From positions 1-54,861 of the forward strand of contig JBDTNV010000004.1 of assembly GCA_039933555.1 (NCBI GenBank): 54,861 bases of DNA, in the 5' to 3' direction. This DNA is from Ignavibacteria bacterium. GTDB lineage: Bacteria > Bacteroidota > Ignavibacteria > Tepidaquicellales > OLB5. The translations under genes were made by a program, and so were the position numbers. Shown piece after piece: positions 47,720 through 54,861 of the stretch. A model generated the notes under the pieces. The model saw only the letters and a list, made by a program, of their open reading frames with translations. It did not search any database and was not told where the DNA came from. Each line of letters starts with the position of its first letter. Positions within the stretch are counted from its first letter, which is position 1.

Positions 47720-47843
47720 GAGCGGGTATGAAGCTGTTTTTCCAGGTGAGCTTTATCACTTGAAAATTCAGGGATGCAAATCAAATAATTCAGAGAGCTG
47801 GTACAGTAAAAGGCGAATCCTCAATAAGATATCCTTTGGGCAA

Positions 47844-49622
47844 TTATTCTTTTTTCAATGTAATAATGAATTTAGCGCCTTTATTCACTCCGGAATCCAG
47901 CCTAATATCCGCATTGAGTAATTCACATAGTTTTTTTACAATTGAAAGCCCAAGTCCGGTTGAATGTTCATTTGCAGTTGGCTGTGCGCTTAATTTTGAA
48001 AAATTTGAATACAGTTTTTTCTTGTCATTCTCAGTAAATCCCGGTCCTTCATCTTCTATTTCGAATATTATATCCTTATCAGCGCTTTTGCATCTTAAAT
48101 AAACGTTAGAGCCCGGCGGCGAGAATTTTACTGCATTTGTTAGCAGGTTTTCAAGTATCTGGTAAAGTAAACCCATATCGGATTTGATGACAAGCTCTTT
48201 GCTTGAACATTCATCAATAATATTTATTCCCTTCTTAACAGCCGAAATCCTTATATCCCTTATCAGCTTTTCTGAAATGTCATGTGAATTGAACTCAGTG
48301 AATTTAATGCAGATACTCCCGCTTTCAATTGCTCTGTAGTCAAGTAATCTCTTAATTAGAGTAAACATTCTTTTTGACTGTTCTTTAATGTTTCCGGATA
48401 ATTCATGCCTGAATGTTTTATCTTCATCATGGGAATTCATAAGCTTAACAGATGAGAGGATACTCTGCAGTGGATTCTTCAGGTCATGAGCAAGAATTTC
48501 CATAAGATTATTTTTTTCTTCATGAAGCTGTTTCAGTTCAAAGTTCAGCGTATTTACTCTTTCCAGAGTCTTAACCATATTGAGGTTATTTTCTTTTTCT
48601 TTCTCAACTTCCTGCCATATGAGTTCTGTTTCGTTATCGAGATCGATCTGCTCAATCTTAACGTGGATATCATTCTGAAGATGTTTGACGTGATCTTTGT
48701 AAAGCTCTGAGTAAAGGCTGATCATCATGTTTTCATTATTGCCCATTTTTTCATATGTGTCAATAATATACTTACATATTGAAAATTTTATTGTTCTGTC
48801 ACCGGCTTCACCAATTACTTTGATTGCCTTTTCGTAGTACCTTAACGCATCTTCGTATTTCTCATTTTTAAAACTGATATTTCCTAATAATCTTAAACCC
48901 AGAGCCTCAAAATCAAAATAGTTGTTTTTAGCACAGATTTCTATCTGCCTTAGGGCCATTTTCTCAGCTTCTTCAAAATTTTCATCATCAAATTTCATCA
49001 TTGAAATAAAATGCAGAGCATTTGACTCCGCAAAAGGGTTGCTGCATATTCCTAATGATTCTTCGAAATATTTTTTCGCATCTGAAAAATTACCAAGCTT
49101 ATAATAGCATGCGCCAATTGACATCAGAGATGTCTGCAGAGGCTCTTCATTTCCGCTTTGTATCGCAATATCCAGTGATTTCAATGAATAAGTAAGAGCT
49201 TTTTCATACAAGTGCAGTTTTGAATACAGAGACGCCAATCCCTGGTATACATTATGCAAATTTGGCATGTTCCATGACTGTATGCTCAGGTTTTCAGAAA
49301 GATAAAAAAACTTCAACGCATCTTTATAATGATATTTTCGCGCGTTGTTGAAGGCAATACCCCTTAGGATCTCAGCCTGCAGTTCAATGTTCTTCTGTGC
49401 ATAATCTGTCTCTAATGCATTCTGGAAATGTGAAATTGATTTGGTGTAATCACCGAGGATAAGATATGTAATAGCAATATTAAATAGGGATTTTGTTCTG
49501 AATTCTTCGTCAGAATTGTTCTCTGATTCATTCAGTACTTTTCTGAAGATCTCAAGCGCTTCAGCCGGTAAAGTTTGTCTTATTCGGGTTCCTTCATCAA
49601 TAAGAGTTGATAAGTCAGGCAT
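47844..49622 (-). CDS. Soluble TPR-repeat sensor histidine kinase
   Basis: TPRs, H-box AHDLKNPL, N-box ENLLTNAVKFS, DEGPG, STGLGLSIVK; no TM. Confidence 0.92.
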   Translation of the reverse strand: MPDLSTLIDEGTRIRQTLPAEALEIFRKVLNESENNSDEEFRTKSLFNIAITYLILGDYTKSISHFQNALETDYAQKNIELQAEILRGIAFNNARKYHYKDALKFFYLSENLSIQSWNMPNLHNVYQGLASLYSKLHLYEKALTYSLKSLDIAIQSGNEEPLQTSLMSIGACYYKLGNFSDAKKYFEESLGICSNPFAESNALHFISMMKFDDENFEEAEKMALRQIEICAKNNYFDFEALGLRLLGNISFKNEKYEDALRYYEKAIKVIGEAGDRTIKFSICKYIIDTYEKMGNNENMMISLYSELYKDHVKHLQNDIHVKIEQIDLDNETELIWQEVEKEKENNLNMVKTLERVNTLNFELKQLHEEKNNLMEILAHDLKNPLQSILSSVKLMNSHDEDKTFRHELSGNIKEQSKRMFTLIKRLLDYRAIESGSICIKFTEFNSHDISEKLIRDIRISAVKKGINIIDECSSKELVIKSDMGLLYQILENLLTNAVKFSPPGSNVYLRCKSADKDIIFEIEDEGPGFTENDKKKLYSNFSKLSAQPTANEHSTGLGLSIVKKLCELLNADIRLDSGVNKGAKFIITLKKE

Positions 49623-49718
49623 TTAGTTCAATTTATTTTATAATATATACTGTCATTAATTTCACAAATCATCTTTACAAATGTAATAACGTAAACAAGT
49701 TATTTAAAACATATAAAT

Positions 49719-51542
49719 TTATGATGTTTTGGTATCTTTCTTGATATTAATAGTAAATTTCGCGCCTTCATTTTCACGGCTTTCCAGTTTTAAATTGGCA
49801 TCAATTAACTCACAAAGCTTTTTCACGATTGAAAGCCCCAGGCCGGTGGAGTGTTCGTTTCCCGTTGGTTTGGCGCTGAGTCTAGCAAACTTATTGAACA
49901 TTTTTTTCTTATCCTGTTCACTGAACCCCGGACCCTGGTCTATTACATCAATACGAACAAATTTTTCATCATCACCGGTTATTTTCAAAATAATATCCTT
50001 GTCTTCCCCAGAGAACTTTATGGAATTTGATATCAAGTTCTGTAAAACTTCATAAAGTATTTCTTTATCAGTTCTTAATATCAGCTCACCGGAAGTGCTT
50101 TGCAGGCTTAGGTTTATCTTTTTCCTTTCGGCTTCTTCCCTGAAATTTGAAACAAGCTCCCTTCCAAGGGAATTTACATCAAAATCAGAAAACTTAATTT
50201 TCAATTCACCCTGGTCTATTGCATTATGATCAAGAAGCTTCTTGATAATATTGAACATCCTGTCCGTTTGGCTTATTATGTTGAGTGTATATTCATTCGC
50301 TTCGCTCTTCTGCATTTGGGGATCTCTTTTCAATATTCTTGCTGTTGAAAGTATATTCTGCAGCGGGTTTTTGAGGTCATGTACGGCTATTGCCATAAAT
50401 TCATTTTTTTCATCATTTAGCTCTTTTAATTTTACATTAAGCTTCTTAACATCTTCGAGCGCCTGCGCAAGCTCTATATTCTTGAGTTTTTGAATTTCAG
50501 CTTCCTTTTGTGCCTGTTCAATTTCAAGCTGAGTAGATATGTTCTTGGCCCTTAATTCTGCTTCCTCTTTCAGTAGCTCGATTTCCTTTTGGTAAGCCAG
50601 CTTTAAGTGGAATAAAGCGTGTTCAGCATCATTCATTTTTTCGTATGCTGATGAAAGCGACCTGTGCAGTTCATGTATGGATTTTTTCATCCCAAGATCT
50701 GTTGCAATATCCAGAGCTTTTTCAAGGTTAACTTTTGCTTCATCTATGTTGTTTTCAAGAAGCTTTAACTGGCCAATTGTTCCGTATATTTTTACTAAAC
50801 CCCTTTTATCTGCAAGCACATCCTTAATTTTTCTGCTTTCTTCAAATATGCGGTAAGCTTCTGTTATATTGTTTAACTGGATATTTGTTTCGGCAATATG
50901 ATCCAGCGCTATAGAGGTCCTTCTGTTATCATTTCTTTGTATGGCAAGCTCAAGCGCATCGTAAAGGAAATTGAGCGATTCATCATAATTACCCAGGAGA
51001 GAGTGGGTAAGCCCGATATTAATATTGGTCACCAGCAGAGATTCGTTATCGTTCTCTTCTTCAGCTATATCAAGCGCCTGTGAATAAAACTTCAGAGCGT
51101 TCCTGTAATCTTTAATATTAGTATATATTAACCCGATATTAGACAGAACAATTGCTACTTTCTTGTTTTCTTTAATTTCCTCATATATTTTTAGAGCTTT
51201 AAAATAAGCTTTAAGGGCATTGGAATAGTTATTCAGGTTATCATTTATGATCCCAACACAATTAAGGGAATCCCCGGTAATCCTGCGTTCGCCAATATGC
51301 TGGGCAAGCTTTATCGCTTCTGAAAGGAATTTCATCGCCTGTGGATAGTTTGATACCAGTTCATTGCATACGCCAAGCGCATAAAGGCTGTAAGCCTCCA
51401 GCAACTCGTCAGCTGATTTTAATGCCTGAACGTAAACAAGATTAGCAAGTTCAAGCGCTTTTTGGGGCTCATTAAGCTTCAGTCTATGTACTTCTTCAAG
51501 CAGCTGGTAAAGCTTTTCGTTATATCCTGCAGGTAAATTCAT
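49719..51542 (-). CDS. Soluble TPR-repeat sensor histidine kinase
   Basis: TPRs, H-box VHDLKNPL, QNLISNSIKFS, DQGPG, STGLGLSIVK; no TM. Confidence 0.92.
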   Translation of the reverse strand: MNLPAGYNEKLYQLLEEVHRLKLNEPQKALELANLVYVQALKSADELLEAYSLYALGVCNELVSNYPQAMKFLSEAIKLAQHIGERRITGDSLNCVGIINDNLNNYSNALKAYFKALKIYEEIKENKKVAIVLSNIGLIYTNIKDYRNALKFYSQALDIAEEENDNESLLVTNINIGLTHSLLGNYDESLNFLYDALELAIQRNDNRRTSIALDHIAETNIQLNNITEAYRIFEESRKIKDVLADKRGLVKIYGTIGQLKLLENNIDEAKVNLEKALDIATDLGMKKSIHELHRSLSSAYEKMNDAEHALFHLKLAYQKEIELLKEEAELRAKNISTQLEIEQAQKEAEIQKLKNIELAQALEDVKKLNVKLKELNDEKNEFMAIAVHDLKNPLQNILSTARILKRDPQMQKSEANEYTLNIISQTDRMFNIIKKLLDHNAIDQGELKIKFSDFDVNSLGRELVSNFREEAERKKINLSLQSTSGELILRTDKEILYEVLQNLISNSIKFSGEDKDIILKITGDDEKFVRIDVIDQGPGFSEQDKKKMFNKFARLSAKPTGNEHSTGLGLSIVKKLCELIDANLKLESRENEGAKFTINIKKDTKTS

Positions 51543-51730
51543 TCTCTTTCATTAATTCCACAAATATTGCAAAGAATATGGTAAATTAAAACACTTTTTA
51601 AATGTATTTTATTACACTAAGAATAACTGAATGGAAAGATTATTATATACCGAAACCCCGTCTTACAGGTTATATTTGTATGGTGTAAATATGTTCTTTA
51701 AAATAATTCTTACACCAGGAGCTAAAAACT

Positions 51731-54700
51731 ATGATACGCTATACTGCGGCCGTCATCGCGATAATATTGCTATGTCTGGCGGTAGATTTTGTTTCATATT
51801 CCCAGAATATTAACGGTATTAAGTTAATTAAGGCAAATAACGGATATGAAATAGAGTATAATCTTCCTTCATACAGTACAGAAACTGTAACCCGAGAAGG
51901 AGAACCCTACGATATCATTAACGTTAATAATTATGGTATTACCCCTGAAGAAGGCTTACCATTATTACCTCAGCTCACTTTCATCCTCATCTTAAATAAA
52001 GCAGAAACATCACCGGCATTTTATGTACAGAACCAATCCGTAGAAGAGAAATATCTTCAGCGGAAAATATTCCCAACACAGGCGCCATGGGAGAAATCCA
52101 GGGAGCTGAAGGATAGACCTTTTACGATCAATAAAGAATACTACAGAACCACAGGCAGCATTTTAAACCCGTTTGTCAGGATATCGGAGCCCTTTATTAC
52201 TGCGGGAGTCAAAGCTGTAATGGTCACTATTTTTCCGTTCAGGTATGATCCCTCAACCGGAAAACTGGTTATTACAAAGAACGCCAGGGTAAAAATTGAT
52301 CTGCCAAACGGATATCCGCATTATTCATCGGTTGCAGGTTCCTTCAGAGAGATCTTCAATGCTCTGGCAGTGAATTCTGAAACTGTAGATTATACAGGTA
52401 CTAATAATTATCTCATTATTACGCCTCCTGAATATGAATCAGTTATGGGACCCTTTGCTTCTTATAAAGCAAGTATGGGTTACAATGTGCTTATGGTAAA
52501 TACCAGTACAACCGGAACCACCACAACAGCGATTCAGAGTTATATCCAGAACAGGTATAATAATGTATCCACCAGGCCTGAATTTATTCTGCTTGCGGGT
52601 GATATTGATAAAATACCGGAATGGACGGGGGTTGGTTCGGATAATCCGCATACAGACCTGAATTATACTTTACTCGAAGGCGGTGATGCATTTGCCGATG
52701 CCTTCATAGGCAGGTTCTCTGTATCAAATACTACGGAGCTTACCAATATTATTACAAAAACAATTTATATGGAAAGCAACATAGGCTCCTTACCCAATAA
52801 GAATGTATTTATGGCATCCACTGATAATTATGCTATTACAGAAGGAACTCATAATTTTGTGATCGATAGTTTTTTTACTGCTTCCACTTACACAAATATC
52901 AAATTATATACTCATACATATAGTGCAACTACCCAGCAGTTAATAGATGCATTAAACAATAACCAGGTATTTGCAATTTATTCAGGCCACGGCAGTACTA
53001 CCAGCTGGGCTGACGGGCCGCCTTTGAACCAGTCACAGGTGAATGCTTTGAATAATTCCTACTTCCCGTTTGTTTATTCATTTGCATGCCTCACTGGGCA
53101 GTATCAAAACTCAGAGTGTTTTGGTGAAACATGGATACGCAGACCTAAGGCAGGCTCAGTCTACTGGGGCTCATCTGTGAATTCATTCTGGGATGAGGAT
53201 GATATCCTGGAGCGCAGGCTTTACAGGGCAATGTTCACAGACGGATTGAAAAAAACTGCCCCAATGTTCGCACTTGCAAAATATTACCTTGTGCAGTACT
53301 ATGGCAGTGTTACAACTGATATGAGAAGGTATCTTGAAATGTATAATTGCTTCGGCGACCCTTCTATTTATGAAGCTGCATACGGCCCGGTAATAGCGCA
53401 CGCATGTCTGCCTAACACCGAAAATCTTAACGGACCTTATACGGTAAATTGTGTAATTACTCCCTCAGGGTCTAACATCGATCCCGCAAAAACCAGGTTA
53501 TACTGGACACGGGGAAGCAATTTTACCGATAGTGTTACTATGACAAATTCAGGCGGCAATAACTGGAGTGCCGTTATACCCGGAAATGGCTCAACTGCGG
53601 TTTATAAATATTACTTAAAAACCTGTGATATGATGAACCGCATAACAGTTCTTCCTCCGGATGCCCCGACGGGCAGTTTTAGCTTTACAGCTTCAGTTGA
53701 TGTAACTCCGCCGGTTATTACTCATACACAGATCCAAAATACCGGTCAGCCTATGTGGCCTGTAACATTAAACAGCAGTGTAACTGATAATATTGGATTG
53801 GATAGTGTATGGATTGAGTGGTATAAAAATACACCATCTCCTGTTAAAGCATTCAGGCTGAATAATTCCAGCGGCAGCAATTTTAGCGGGGTATTCAATT
53901 CATCTAATCCTGATGTAATTCCGGGCGATTCGATATTTTATGTAATTAAAGCTATAGATAATTCTTCAAATCATAATATTGGCAGGCTGCCTTCAGCGGG
54001 ATACTTTGGATTTGTGATAACTGACCAGGCTGCAGCAAGCTTCTGCAAACAGACATATTTACCTATCAGGGATAATCAAACATCTTATGATACATTATAT
54101 ATTGAGCAATCCGGTACTATTGTAGATCTCAATTTTAAAATGGAGTCATTGATACATACTTATGACGGTGATATATCATTTAGTATTACTTCCCCAACCG
54201 GTATAGAAGTATCCCTATCCAACCAGCGCGGCTCAGGCGGCGATAATTATACCAATACACTGTTTGATGATTCCGCAAGTGTATCAATTTCATCGGGGAC
54301 AGCGCCCTTTACCGGTTCCTTTAAACCGGAAAGTCCGTTAAATGTTTTCAACGGACTGGATGTTCATGGTAACTGGATACTGAAGGTAAGTGACCAGGCA
54401 TCAAGTGATACCGGGCATGTTGAAAGGTACTGCCTTAATATTATTTATAATGCCATACTTGCTGTAAATAATAATCAGGTACCGGTTAAATTTGATCTTT
54501 CACAGAATTATCCTAACCCGTTCAATCCGGTTACAACAATTAAGTACTCTGTACCTAAACAGGCATTTGTTGTAATTAAGATATATGATATTCTTGGAAG
54601 GGAAGTAAAAACACTTGTAGATGAAATGAGAATAGCGGGAAACTATGAAATTGATTTTAACGCATCACAACTTGCAAGTGGAATTTATTTCTATAGGATG

Positions 54701-54748
54701 GAAGCCGGTGATTTTACTGCAGTGAAAAAACTTGTGTTATTGAAATAA
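51731..54748 (+). CDS. Gingipain-like C25 cysteine peptidase with propeptide, P-proprotein domain and T9SS CTD
   Basis: Signal peptide, YLIITP, ILLAGD, FIGRFS, catalytic SGHG and FACLTG, GDPS; P-domain HTYDGD...GNWILKV.D; NYPNPFNP CTD; TATATTTG box at 51671-51678. Confidence 0.9.
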   Translation: MIRYTAAVIAIILLCLAVDFVSYSQNINGIKLIKANNGYEIEYNLPSYSTETVTREGEPYDIINVNNYGITPEEGLPLLPQLTFILILNKAETSPAFYVQNQSVEEKYLQRKIFPTQAPWEKSRELKDRPFTINKEYYRTTGSILNPFVRISEPFITAGVKAVMVTIFPFRYDPSTGKLVITKNARVKIDLPNGYPHYSSVAGSFREIFNALAVNSETVDYTGTNNYLIITPPEYESVMGPFASYKASMGYNVLMVNTSTTGTTTTAIQSYIQNRYNNVSTRPEFILLAGDIDKIPEWTGVGSDNPHTDLNYTLLEGGDAFADAFIGRFSVSNTTELTNIITKTIYMESNIGSLPNKNVFMASTDNYAITEGTHNFVIDSFFTASTYTNIKLYTHTYSATTQQLIDALNNNQVFAIYSGHGSTTSWADGPPLNQSQVNALNNSYFPFVYSFACLTGQYQNSECFGETWIRRPKAGSVYWGSSVNSFWDEDDILERRLYRAMFTDGLKKTAPMFALAKYYLVQYYGSVTTDMRRYLEMYNCFGDPSIYEAAYGPVIAHACLPNTENLNGPYTVNCVITPSGSNIDPAKTRLYWTRGSNFTDSVTMTNSGGNNWSAVIPGNGSTAVYKYYLKTCDMMNRITVLPPDAPTGSFSFTASVDVTPPVITHTQIQNTGQPMWPVTLNSSVTDNIGLDSVWIEWYKNTPSPVKAFRLNNSSGSNFSGVFNSSNPDVIPGDSIFYVIKAIDNSSNHNIGRLPSAGYFGFVITDQAAASFCKQTYLPIRDNQTSYDTLYIEQSGTIVDLNFKMESLIHTYDGDISFSITSPTGIEVSLSNQRGSGGDNYTNTLFDDSASVSISSGTAPFTGSFKPESPLNVFNGLDVHGNWILKVSDQASSDTGHVERYCLNIIYNAILAVNNNQVPVKFDLSQNYPNPFNPVTTIKYSVPKQAFVVIKIYDILGREVKTLVDEMRIAGNYEIDFNASQLASGIYFYRMEAGDFTAVKKLVLLK

Positions 54749-54764
54749 CGGTATAACATGCATG

Positions 54765-54793
54765 AAAAAGCCCGGCTACTGCCGGGCTTTTTT
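54765..54793. terminator. Bidirectional intrinsic terminator
   Basis: AAAAA-GCCCGGC-tact-GCCGGGC-TTTTTT between the protease gene and the convergent tRNA. Confidence 0.9.
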
Positions 54794-54807
54794 GGTTGAA
54801 TTTTTTG

Positions 54808-54861
54808 CGGAGAAGGTGGGATTCGAACCCACGATACCCTTGCAGGTATACTACCTTTCCA
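54808..54861 (-). tRNA. tRNA-Ser(GGA), 3' part (truncated by window end)
   Basis: Minus strand: T-GGA-AA anticodon loop, long variable arm, GTGGG-TTCGAAT-CCCAC T-arm, CTTCTCC-G acceptor; CCA not encoded. Confidence 0.9.

Noticed and set aside
7523-54748. Similar C-termini of T9SS proteins as DGR template/variable repeats
   Set aside because: Similarity is at protein-domain level only; no reverse transcriptase and no adenine-specific near-identical repeat pair seen
54765-54861. tRNA-Ser 3' end as the integration site of a genomic island
   Set aside because: No integrase nearby and I saw no duplicated tRNA 3' fragment in the window

Overview
AT-rich bacterial chromosomal window, most likely from an Ignavibacteria-like (FCB group) genome. 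That placement is inferred from four T9SS-type C-terminal sorting domains (NYPNPFNP...KMVLLK), gldA/F/G and TAnnTTTG promoter boxes. Housekeeping and envelope genes include gldA-gldF-gldG-DUF4340, mltG, a GT-C glycosyltransferase, DUF4175/DUF4159, purC-psd-pssA, iscS, pyrD, a YyaL-like protein, a gingipain-like C25 protease and a partial tRNA-Ser(GGA). These alternate with accessory runs of small detox/stress genes (GNAT, VOC, cupin, DinB, ArsR-SRPBCC operon), some of them decaying. No transposase, integrase, CRISPR array or reverse transcriptase was seen. The best candidate for an undescribed system is a GxxExxY PD-(D/E)XK-like nuclease gene embedded in four 8-nt-periodic repeats of alternating orientation (35391-36038), an architecture resembling RAYT/REP loci, with possibly related solo repeats elsewhere. 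The second candidate is a seven-gene flavin-oxidase/cupin/DUF1059 operon facing an uncharacterised wHTH-TPR-like protein across an intergenic region with five TGTTATA copies, followed by two soluble TPR histidine kinases. All family calls come from motif recognition by eye; no searches were run.
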